Below are positions 16,969 through 25,653 of a stretch of DNA of 64,000 nucleotides, piece after piece. How positions within the stretch are numbered: the first letter of the stretch is position 1; every line of letters starts with the position of its first letter. Both the position numbers and the translations under genes were made by a program. The notes under the pieces were generated by a model that was not told the origin of the DNA, searched no databases, and worked only from the letters and a program-made list of their open reading frames with translations. The DNA is from Candidatus Poribacteria bacterium (GTDB lineage: Bacteria; Poribacteria; WGA-4E; WGA-3G), in the NCBI GenBank assembly GCA_012270795.1, contig JAAXHO010000059.1, positions 3,375 to 67,374 of the forward strand. Direction: 5' to 3'.

Positions 16969-19437
16969 TTATTCTTCTATTAGTTGCATGATTTCATCAG
17001 CACCGAAATTTAAAATAAATTCAGCATAATGGCTCGAAAACACATCTTTTAGGTAGGTCTTCAATTCAACATCTAATTTCGATCCGTTTTCGCTTTCCTG
17101 CACAACTTGATATTTATGTGCTTTTGTAATTGAGTACAAAAACAGTGTGTGGGCATACACAGAAGCAATATATTTCCGTTTACTGAATTCATTTTGTTCC
17201 TCGCTTGGATTTCTATTTTTTCTATGAAAATTTAGCCAAACTGTACTGTCCATGTTGATGTAAACGCGCTCTAATTTCTCACCGTTTACCATAGGATACA
17301 TTACAGTTGAGAAGTTCATCTCCTCTCCGATTGCTTCTTCAACTTGTTTCCAAGTTAATCCACCGTTTCTCTCAGGTCTTTCTTTTTCGTAAACGAGTGT
17401 TAGGCCGGGTAACCCTAAAGTTGGAATTTCTCTTTCTTCGGGTTTTGGTGCAGGCTCGGTAGGGGCTTTAGGTTCGCTAATTTTTACCCAAAATAGTTCT
17501 TTCAATTCTTCAGTAGCACCAGTCAAACTGACTTTAATTCTCACTTCGTCCCCGACATTAACAGTCTCTTTTGGGTTAAGATGAATCTTGATTGTCCCTT
17601 CTTGTGGACTGCTCTTGCTCGCATTGAATACCTCGTCAATTCTGTCAACTTGTCCAGGGGCATTTCCACCCTCTGTTTCATTTACTTTATAATCAAGAAT
17701 AGCAATCTTCAGTTCTCCAGGTTCTTCTATACGATCAAGGTAATTATTCTCCACATCCGTGTCAAATAGAATTGCTTTTTCTCCATCCTTGGGTATTGTT
17801 ACTGCCTCTTGTTCTGATTTTCCATTGGTCCTGCGTTTAAAGATTGCGGGAAATCGTTGTGGATTAAAAGGTTCAGGTTCCTTTTTCCTGCGTTTTTTCT
17901 TGGTTGAGCCATTGGCATTTTTATTCCAATTGCCTTTAGACTTCAAATCCAAATTTAATGTTTGGTCCAACAATTTCAGCAGGTCTTCGTTCCGAACGAT
18001 ATTTTTTGCAAAAGTTTTTATCAGTTCTTTTATATCTTCACTCTCAACAGTTATTGAATCTTTGCGTTGTCTGTGGATTTGTGCTAAACGTCCATTTCTG
18101 TCACCAAGTTTTTCTGCTAAATATTTTCGTAATGTCCTTGTTTCCTCACCATCTTTTAATCGGTCTCGAGATGCCATAAATAACTCTTTTCGGAAATCGT
18201 AGTTCATGTTTGTACAATCAACATGAATTAGAAGATGTTCCTTAAGTAGATTCAATTTGAGAGATCGGGTTATGAATTCCGATGTGTAATGACCATGTGT
18301 TTGCCCATTGACCGAAAATAGCACAGACATATTATTTTTGAAAAACTCTTTCCGAATTGTAGTTTTGGTCTCTTTGACGGATTTCTCATCAAGCTTTGTC
18401 TTAAAAACATAACATGTCACTTTCATTTTACCAAACAGTGCATCATCAAAATCTTCAGAAAAGCGTTTGTCAACGTATTTATAATCTTCTTGTTCTAATC
18501 TGCGTTTTAATCCATATAATCCTGTTCGTAGGGGACTCTTAGGATAACGTTTTTCATTTTCAATCGTATATACTGGTAATACAGGTTCAAATAGGTACTC
18601 ATTAATGCTCAGGTTTAAATCCCTTGAAATATCGGAGATTCCAGGTATATCGTAAGAGTATAGTTTTATGATTGACCCTGTAGTAAATTTCCTCTTGAAG
18701 AGACCTAAATCCAATTTAGCAATATCAAAAGCTGGAATTTTTTCGCCAATTTTCAAATATTCGTACCATGTATTCTTTTTTGTACTTTCCTCTGCTTCGC
18801 TTAGTGGATGCTCCCTGATAAGTGTAAAACCGAATTGTCCTGAATTGTCGAAACGTTTTGATGCGATTAATTGGTAACGTTTCTTGCCACAAAACACAAT
18901 AGCACCACTACCACCCATATTGTATTTTCCTTGCACAAAGTGAATTTCATTTTTATTTCCTCGCAATAACGACAAGAAGGTGTCTTCGAACTTTTCGGGA
19001 TGTTGTCCTTCACCATCATCATAAATAATAAGTGAGGTGTATTTTTTTGGACCATCGGCAAGAATTTGGATACTCTCTGCTTGTTCGTTTCTTGCTCCTG
19101 CCAAATCCCAATGTTTATGATTTGGAAAGAATTTCGTTCTGGCTTCTTCCATAGATTTAGGTGCTTGTGAGGATTTTGGATCAATGCCAACTTCCAGACA
19201 TTTTTTCATTAAAACAGCATCAATTGAGTTGGTGATTTTTTCAATCAGAGCGGCTATTGGAGCAGACTGTTGGTTTTCAATGACACCAAAATTATTGTCG
19301 TTGTCGCCAAGTGGATGCCAATTTTCAGGTTTGAAAATGTCCGGATAAGTATTTATGATTTTATCAAGTTCTTGCTCGGTTTGGGCAAAATATAGCTCGT
19401 TAAAAAGTTTTTTCATGTCCATTTGTAAGAAATCCAT
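16969..19437 (-). CDS. GHKL (Hsp90/MutL/MORC-like) ATPase-domain protein, 822 aa; candidate effector partner of the adjacent Ssp-like module
   Basis: GHKL N-box EKITNSIDA, G1 box DDGEG and G2 box GKYNMGGSGAI lie in the first 180 aa. A lysine/arginine-rich stretch (KKKRRKK) sits mid-protein. The gene begins 34 bp downstream of the PAPS-reductase gene on the same strand. Confidence 0.7.
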   Translation of the reverse strand: MDFLQMDMKKLFNELYFAQTEQELDKIINTYPDIFKPENWHPLGDNDNNFGVIENQQSAPIAALIEKITNSIDAVLMKKCLEVGIDPKSSQAPKSMEEARTKFFPNHKHWDLAGARNEQAESIQILADGPKKYTSLIIYDDGEGQHPEKFEDTFLSLLRGNKNEIHFVQGKYNMGGSGAIVFCGKKRYQLIASKRFDNSGQFGFTLIREHPLSEAEESTKKNTWYEYLKIGEKIPAFDIAKLDLGLFKRKFTTGSIIKLYSYDIPGISDISRDLNLSINEYLFEPVLPVYTIENEKRYPKSPLRTGLYGLKRRLEQEDYKYVDKRFSEDFDDALFGKMKVTCYVFKTKLDEKSVKETKTTIRKEFFKNNMSVLFSVNGQTHGHYTSEFITRSLKLNLLKEHLLIHVDCTNMNYDFRKELFMASRDRLKDGEETRTLRKYLAEKLGDRNGRLAQIHRQRKDSITVESEDIKELIKTFAKNIVRNEDLLKLLDQTLNLDLKSKGNWNKNANGSTKKKRRKKEPEPFNPQRFPAIFKRRTNGKSEQEAVTIPKDGEKAILFDTDVENNYLDRIEEPGELKIAILDYKVNETEGGNAPGQVDRIDEVFNASKSSPQEGTIKIHLNPKETVNVGDEVRIKVSLTGATEELKELFWVKISEPKAPTEPAPKPEEREIPTLGLPGLTLVYEKERPERNGGLTWKQVEEAIGEEMNFSTVMYPMVNGEKLERVYINMDSTVWLNFHRKNRNPSEEQNEFSKRKYIASVYAHTLFLYSITKAHKYQVVQESENGSKLDVELKTYLKDVFSSHYAEFILNFGADEIMQLIEE

Positions 19438-19471
19438 TCTATCAATTCAATCAAAATGTAATGTCAACATG

Positions 19472-20290
19472 TTACTTATGACAAATCAGACAAGGTTCCT
19501 CGTCATCCTCGTCATCGTGAACATCCGTAAGAATTTCTATCAGTCGACGATTCGGTTTTTCCTTTTTCTTGGATGCCTTCGCCTTCTCAGTCCTTGCCTT
19601 GATTTGTGCTATCCGTTCAGGTTCTGCCAATTCCTCTAAACTTTCCCCTTGACTCCACGTGAACCGTTCACCTGTCTCTGTGTTGAATTTCTCATATCCT
19701 TTTGCCAGTTCAAAGAGATCTGGATGTTGCTCTAAGAGGCCCACCCATTCAGATTTGCGTTGGAAAAAGCAGAAGTAGCAACCAGAACGCGTACGCCATT
19801 TGTAATAGTCAGGCAAACCGAGTCCGCTCTCCTCAAGGATACGGTAAACGTCCTCTTTGGTGATGCCGTCATCTTTGAATGGGTATTTAGGGAAAATGTT
19901 TTGAAGGGAGCTTATTTTAGGTGGTTTGTACCCGACACGATCCTCGTCTGCACGGATAGCGATGTAGTGATACACTTGGTCATCACCGACATATTCCTCA
20001 AAAGGTTTGATTTTGAGTTTGATGGTGCACCAACGAACTTGAGAGGATGGCAATAATCCACCGTGTAGTGTTAACCAGTGATCAAAGTCACGATCCATGT
20101 TGAGTCGTGCAATCGGTTTGCCGAGGAATGCTTCAAGCCGGTCCAAAAACTCGTATGTCTCTGGCAGTTCTTTACCGGTATCTGTGAAAAAGTATTCCAT
20201 TTCTGGTACTTTGTCGCGCATGTAGACAGCAAGTGCTGAGCTGTCTTTTCCGCCTGAAAGACCAAGTAGGTGTCGTATTTTTTGTGGCAT
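19472..20290 (-). CDS. PAPS reductase-family protein (DndC/SspD/BrxP-like ATP pyrophosphatase)
   Basis: PP-loop motif LSGGKDSS and the C-terminal CYFC cysteine pair. An AGGAG RBS lies 7 nt upstream of ATG 20290. The longest ORF extends to 20335. Confidence 0.8.
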   Translation of the reverse strand: MPQKIRHLLGLSGGKDSSALAVYMRDKVPEMEYFFTDTGKELPETYEFLDRLEAFLGKPIARLNMDRDFDHWLTLHGGLLPSSQVRWCTIKLKIKPFEEYVGDDQVYHYIAIRADEDRVGYKPPKISSLQNIFPKYPFKDDGITKEDVYRILEESGLGLPDYYKWRTRSGCYFCFFQRKSEWVGLLEQHPDLFELAKGYEKFNTETGERFTWSQGESLEELAEPERIAQIKARTEKAKASKKKEKPNRRLIEILTDVHDDEDDEEPCLICHK

Positions 20291-20325
20291 GTTGTCTCCT
20301 TTCAAATAAATTTTTATATCACAGG

Positions 20326-20754
20326 ACTTACGCATTTTCTCTTAAAGTCCCACTGATAAGGGGATTTAGAGGGTTATAGTAAAATCTATAATTAATGGGA
20401 CACTTCTGTAGCGCAAACTTTAGTTTGCGTCTCATCGGCACAAACTAAAGTTTGTGCTACAATCTCTGTTGTCCGTTATGTTTCCAAAATAGGTTTATCA
20501 AAGTGTCCTAATAATTTCAAAGTTCACTATAAATTAACCTAATTGCCACCTATGTAGCACAAACTTCAGTTTGTGCATCTGTGGAACGCAAACTAAAGTT
20601 TACGCTACAAAATATTGGCTAATTATCAGCATTTTTCACGAAAGACGGTGTTTCCATGTCTAAAACTTATAGGTAGCAACTTGGGTTATAAATAACTGAA
20701 ATAACGCCTTTTTAACCCCCTACCCCTTTATCATGGGGGAATGCGTAAGTCATG
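20326..20754. mobile_element. MITE-like element, family E: terminal inverted repeats GGACTTACGCATT / AATGCGTAAGTC with four internal 22-25 bp palindromic units (GCAAACTTTAGTTTGC type)
   Basis: Terminal inverted repeats at 20326-20341 and 20739-20754. Subterminal CTGATAAGGGGATTTAG(A/G)GGGTTA motifs. A partial copy lies at 1728-1790. Units are at about 20398-20419, 20427-20451, 20566-20588 and 20594-20620. Confidence 0.7.
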
Positions 20755-20760
20755 AAAATT

Positions 20761-23700
20761 TCACATCCTATTTTCAGATTGCTCCATCAATTTTTTTGAA
20801 ATTCGCGCCAAAATAGCAAGACGAAATTCGGAGTTTTTGTCTACATCAAGCTCATCAAAAATCTTTGTAATTGCTCGTTCTATTTTATCGGCATGTTCCT
20901 CATCAGTTAAATTAACAACTCGTTCCTGTTCGTGCTCGTTTGGTGTTGTAATGCCTATCCGAATTGTCTCACCAGATGATTTGGTGTGTTGCAGTTTTTC
21001 AAAAGAAACTGCTTCAAAATGTTGAAATTTTCTTGCAAGTTGCGAAAGGTTGATCTCAAATTGTGCTTTATCTGTGTCTATCCACGATGCAGGCGGTTTT
21101 TTGGCAAGAAAAGTGCCGATTGATTCAATCCAACCTGTGAAATCATGCCCTTCACTATAAAGATGGATTAAAAATCCTTTAAGTTGTGTCTCAATTGCCA
21201 CCTCTAACAAGGGTTCTGCTCTTGCGGCTAATTCTGCGCGGAGTTCTTCCGCTGTGGACTCCAACGTGAACGCATCTGCAAGCATCCGTTCAAGTGAGTT
21301 TAGCAGTCCTTCGTAAGCACTGCCGAGTTCAGACAATGCGTCTTGCAGTGTGTTAAAAAAGTCTGAAAGCATTTTTGAGTCTGTTGTTTCTGGACCAAAA
21401 CTTGGGAATCCGAATGCTTCGGGCAACTGTTTAAAAAGGAGTTCGTCAGGTTCACTTGCATTTTGAACAACTTTACGTAGATTTTTTGCTGCGTCACTCA
21501 ACTCCTGTGTTGTTAAAGTATATTTCGGTAGTTGCGCGATAAAACGCATCAATGGGGTGACAATTGTCAACAGGTCCGGGTTTTCAGTTTCCACAGGTTG
21601 ATTGAGCATCTTCAGAAATCGTGCAAATAGATCGGCACGGATTCCCGCCATTCGAAATCGCTTCAGTTCAAATTGTTCTGGTGCTTTAAGCAGACGTTCG
21701 AAAACTGGCGTTGACAGGTCAGCAATAAAGGAACCGTTCTCATAGAGTGCGATTTCTGTTCTGTAATGGAGGATCGCAGCACACAACAGAATAGGGAGTG
21801 GACCGCCACGGACGCCGAGTGGTGGTTGCATGAGAAATTTATAGAGATTTTCAACAGGCTGTCGCGTATCTTCACACTTGCTAAGAAACGTTTCAATTGC
21901 ATTCCAGGTGTGTTCTATTCCGTTTTTATCCTCTGCTTTTGGTGGATGGAACCCCCAAACACCTGAGGCATGACGGTGTATCCCCGTATCTAATAAGAGG
22001 GATCGGTAGATACTCATTTCAGGTGGAAACTTTTTGATACCGAGATTCTCTTTGTCCCCATTCTCAAGCATGGCTTGAATTAATTTTCTGCGTGCGTTTG
22101 TCGCAGCACCAGATATTTTGCGACGATTGATAAGTTCATTTCGTATGAGAGGCGTTTTGTGGAAAACCTTATCACATATTTTTGACAAGTATGCGTTTCG
22201 GGCACGTTGCGAGTTAATATTTACCGTTTCACCGTTGCAATACCATGAACAAGCATCTCCATTGTTTCCACTAAAAATTGTTGTTAACTGGTGAGATATA
22301 TTTCGCTCTGCTGCAATCTGATGCATTGAGAGTTCACGTCTTGCGACCGCATCACCTTCAAGTTCAAGCGTGTTGTCCGCAATCCACTGTAAGTGGACGA
22401 GTTGCATAACTGCATCGTCCAGAAAACCGGTGGAATGCGGAATCGCAATTAATACCTTTTTGCGATTTTCAGTATCAATGTTACTTGCCTTTTTAACGAG
22501 CTGCTTAACCTCATATTCGTTTGCAGGCAAAGTATAGAGGATAAGTCCGTCTGCATCATCAAGTGGGGCTGTGAGGGCTACATCAAAGTTTTCTAAATCA
22601 GTGTAGCGAATAGTGAAGTAACGTAGGGTACCGGTTTGGTATAAATGTCGCTTTGCAACAAGCGGGGGGGGCACGTTACGTGATAGATCTATAACGAGTG
22701 ATACTTTTGTGCCAACGTGCGCTGCTGCCTCACGGAGTTTTGCCGCAATGTCAATGTCGCTGCCTTCCCACAGCGCGTAAGTTTTGTTATATGTACGGTA
22801 GATAACAATTGAACGGTTTTTCAGTGTCCCAAGTGCATCTTCAAATTCGGTGGCAAATCCTGCTGTGTTATCGTCAAGTGCGTAACGTAGCAATTGCTCT
22901 GAGGCTTTCAGGTTAGGAATTGGTTCGCTAACAATGCTGAGTAGCCCGATGGTTTTTATCAGTTTAACCGTCATTTCGGAAGGGTCTGGTAGTTGCGTTA
23001 TTGCGGTTTCAATCTCTATCCATTTTTTGCTGTTGCTTGAAATATAGAGTTTATTGCCCTGCGTGGTACCAAGGTAGTCGTATAGGTCAGCGAGCGAAAA
23101 CATCGGTAGACTGTCACCGTCATAATGTTGGTTTGCAAGGAAGTCTTGTAACCCGTTCGGTGCACTTGAGCTGAGAAAAGCGAAGAGGGAACGTTCATTT
23201 TGTCCGAATCGGCGGAAAAGCGGGCCGATGAGGAGTGCTACTGTCGGATGCAGCGGCAGACAATCTTTCAAGAGTTGGATAAATTCATGATTGTCAAGTT
23301 GACGCGGTTTAAGTCCTAATTCGGTAGCGGTGTTAAGGTTTTCCCTGCAAACAATCTCTGCAGGTTTTTCAAGTGCAGCACCGACTAAACGGAGTACCTG
23401 TTCGGTAGGTTCTGCAAATGCCACATCTTCAAATCTTCCTTGCACCTTTGCCCACTCTTCGCGTTGTGATTGCGCGGTACGCTGTGCATACACCTCAAAA
23501 GCTTGGTGGAGGATAGTCATGAGAAATAGGGGCGTTTGCTTGCTTCTGTCTGCTAATTCCGCAAGGTTCTGTAGGATAAACATATCCCCTTGTGTTGGGT
23601 GTTGCGTAGCGTATTCCAGAAACTTACCGAGTTCGTCAATCACGAGCAGCAGTCCCGCACCTCCCGAATCACAAATTTCGTGCGTTGCTAATTCAAACAC

Positions 23701-24246
23701 ACGCGCAACTTCAGAGGCAGGTGGTAAGGTGTCATTTTCTGCTTTTTCCAACAAATTATTGAGTTCTTGAAGGAGAGAAATAGAGAGTTGTGTACTGTTG
23801 GCAGCGGTGAGTCCGCGTTCTAAACCGCGCAAAAGTGCAAGCGAAAGAGGGGCGCGTTCGCCAGAGATAAGCACGGGACAGAATCCAGAGGGTGTGTGCT
23901 TTTCGTTACCGTTTGTGCTGATGAATCGCTCATATAACGAAGCATCTCCACGTTTGAGTATTTCTAAGGCGTGTTGTGTTGTCGGGGCATTAGGTTTGCC
24001 AAGCAATTTTGCAGCGAAAAGTGCGAACGCTGATTTTCCTGACCCATAGGGGCCGGTGAGTGTCCATGCTTTAGATGTTGCTTCATTTTCAAACGTTGAA
24101 ATAACACGCGATAACATTTCCCGCGCGGTGGCGGTTAAAATGTATCCATCAAGCACGTTTTCTGTGTAAAAGTCGCGTTCAAGATGTACTGAACGCCGAA
24201 AACGTCCTTGGACATGGAAAATATCTGAAAGCGGAATGTCATCCAT
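20761..24246 (-). CDS. large P-loop ATPase (1161 aa), SspC/BrxC(PglY)-like
   Basis: Walker A TLTGPYGSGKSAF at about residue 60 and Walker B LLLVIDELGKF at about residue 200, followed by a long alpha-helical C-terminal region. Its ATG overlaps the stop codon of the upstream DUF4007 gene (ATGGATGA). Confidence 0.7.
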   Translation of the reverse strand: MDDIPLSDIFHVQGRFRRSVHLERDFYTENVLDGYILTATAREMLSRVISTFENEATSKAWTLTGPYGSGKSAFALFAAKLLGKPNAPTTQHALEILKRGDASLYERFISTNGNEKHTPSGFCPVLISGERAPLSLALLRGLERGLTAANSTQLSISLLQELNNLLEKAENDTLPPASEVARVFELATHEICDSGGAGLLLVIDELGKFLEYATQHPTQGDMFILQNLAELADRSKQTPLFLMTILHQAFEVYAQRTAQSQREEWAKVQGRFEDVAFAEPTEQVLRLVGAALEKPAEIVCRENLNTATELGLKPRQLDNHEFIQLLKDCLPLHPTVALLIGPLFRRFGQNERSLFAFLSSSAPNGLQDFLANQHYDGDSLPMFSLADLYDYLGTTQGNKLYISSNSKKWIEIETAITQLPDPSEMTVKLIKTIGLLSIVSEPIPNLKASEQLLRYALDDNTAGFATEFEDALGTLKNRSIVIYRTYNKTYALWEGSDIDIAAKLREAAAHVGTKVSLVIDLSRNVPPPLVAKRHLYQTGTLRYFTIRYTDLENFDVALTAPLDDADGLILYTLPANEYEVKQLVKKASNIDTENRKKVLIAIPHSTGFLDDAVMQLVHLQWIADNTLELEGDAVARRELSMHQIAAERNISHQLTTIFSGNNGDACSWYCNGETVNINSQRARNAYLSKICDKVFHKTPLIRNELINRRKISGAATNARRKLIQAMLENGDKENLGIKKFPPEMSIYRSLLLDTGIHRHASGVWGFHPPKAEDKNGIEHTWNAIETFLSKCEDTRQPVENLYKFLMQPPLGVRGGPLPILLCAAILHYRTEIALYENGSFIADLSTPVFERLLKAPEQFELKRFRMAGIRADLFARFLKMLNQPVETENPDLLTIVTPLMRFIAQLPKYTLTTQELSDAAKNLRKVVQNASEPDELLFKQLPEAFGFPSFGPETTDSKMLSDFFNTLQDALSELGSAYEGLLNSLERMLADAFTLESTAEELRAELAARAEPLLEVAIETQLKGFLIHLYSEGHDFTGWIESIGTFLAKKPPASWIDTDKAQFEINLSQLARKFQHFEAVSFEKLQHTKSSGETIRIGITTPNEHEQERVVNLTDEEHADKIERAITKIFDELDVDKNSEFRLAILARISKKLMEQSENRM

Positions 24247-25246
24247 AATATCTCTCTAAAGGTAGCATCGGATTATAATCTCTATAGCGATAGACCTGCT
24301 TTAAGTCAGCGGTTTCGTCGTACTGCAACGCACCATCGGTGAGTTGTTCAAGCTTTTCAAGATATATCGTCATCGTGTCTTCGTCTAATTTAAAAATGCG
24401 TCCGGGACTTAATGGGGCGTACATCAGTTCTGTAAAAGGTAGTGCGTCTTTTTCGGAGAAACGCGCATCCCAAAAGGCGATGAGTGTTGCTGTCACAACC
24501 TCAATTGGCAACGTCTCTTTTTCGCCGCGCTGGAATTCATACATGCCGCTATCTGGCAATTCGGTGATGAGGTTAAGTTCAACGAGTGGACAGTCAAACG
24601 TATCTTCCACTACGTCAGCGTTATGGCGTGATTGGCAGTAGGTTCGGATAAAGCAATTGACATCTCGCTGCATCGTATTCTCAGAAAAAGTACGCATAGA
24701 TTTTTTCTGCTGTTTTGCCCATTCGTACAATTCTTCCGTGAATGCTGTACGAACAAATTGATTTTTCTTTAAGATATTAAATGCCCAATACCATGCTGTT
24801 GCCTGATTGATGTTCGTTGCGATCTGCCAATGGATTAACCACAAAGTGGCAGGATCATCCAAGTATGGGTCAAATCCGTTTTTGTCGTTAAAAATGGCGT
24901 TACCGAGTGTAGTTGGAACGAATCGCCCCTGTTGATAACCATCTACCTTGATGAGTCTTGCTACACGACACCAATGCCGAATAGAATCCACCATATTTTT
25001 TCCGACACCTAAAATTACAGACGCGTACTCTGAGGAAAAGATCGTTGAATCATCTGTTACAGCATCAACCCCCTTTTTTAGCCATGTATACCGAAACGGA
25101 AAGGTTTGGTGACCAGAAAAGGACGGATTGATTATATACGGAGTAGCTGTATGTTCTGCAAGTAGTAGGTTTTCCATACAAATTATTATACCATACGCGC
25201 AACAAAAATGGCAATACATCTTAACAAAAAGTGCAGATGAATTCAA
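24239..25246 (-). CDS. DUF4007-like protein (SspB-like)
   Basis: Near-N-terminal motif FSGHQTFPFRYTWLKKG is characteristic of DUF4007 (recalled from memory). The true start is probably the internal Met at about 25177 (MENLLLAEH...). There is an 8 bp overlap with the ATPase gene. Confidence 0.55.
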   Translation of the reverse strand: MNSSALFVKMYCHFCCAYGIIICMENLLLAEHTATPYIINPSFSGHQTFPFRYTWLKKGVDAVTDDSTIFSSEYASVILGVGKNMVDSIRHWCRVARLIKVDGYQQGRFVPTTLGNAIFNDKNGFDPYLDDPATLWLIHWQIATNINQATAWYWAFNILKKNQFVRTAFTEELYEWAKQQKKSMRTFSENTMQRDVNCFIRTYCQSRHNADVVEDTFDCPLVELNLITELPDSGMYEFQRGEKETLPIEVVTATLIAFWDARFSEKDALPFTELMYAPLSPGRIFKLDEDTMTIYLEKLEQLTDGALQYDETADLKQVYRYRDYNPMLPLERYYG

Positions 25247-25451
25247 TTTTCAAAATGTACTCTTGTAGTAGGAATTTTCAATCTCAATTTTCCCTTCTTC
25301 TACAAGCGAGGAGGACTTCAATTTGTGAACCATGTCCCAATTGTGGAATTTTTTAGTTGTTTTTTTTGGGAATTTTGCATTTTTTTGAGATGTGTTCTCG
25401 ATCGTGTCACGGTATGGGTTTATGGTGGTTTATTAAATTTGCGAAATTTTG

Positions 25452-25486
25452 AAAAAAACAACTAAATGGGTTTTGGTTGTTTTTTT
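25452..25486. promoter_or_regulatory. 11 bp stem hairpin AAAAAAACAAC-N13-GTTGTTTTTTT in the AT-rich region upstream of the DUF4007-ATPase operon
   Basis: Inverted repeat with flanking T/A runs. The GTTGTTTTTTTT motif is repeated at about 25357. Confidence 0.35.
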
Positions 25487-25653
25487 GTCTGTGCTTTTTA
25501 GTTGATTCATTATTGCCTTTTTTATCGTAAAATTATATTAGATGGTCGTAATTTTCTGTAAGGAAACTGGTATCGGAAACAATATATATCCAATAAATAT
25601 CCAATAAATTTGGTTAGATTTCTATGGTTGAAATGTTGTTATATTCAATCAGA

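Noticed and set aside
17759-18202. 147 aa plus-strand ORF inside the GHKL gene region
   Set aside because: Antisense shadow of the 822 aa CDS, which has clear GHKL motifs.
16969-25246. Assignment of the cluster as BREX type 4 (BrxP PAPS reductase + BrxC)
   Set aside because: No PglZ phosphatase or BrxL (Lon-like) gene is present. The presence of a DUF4007-like gene fits the Ssp organisation better.
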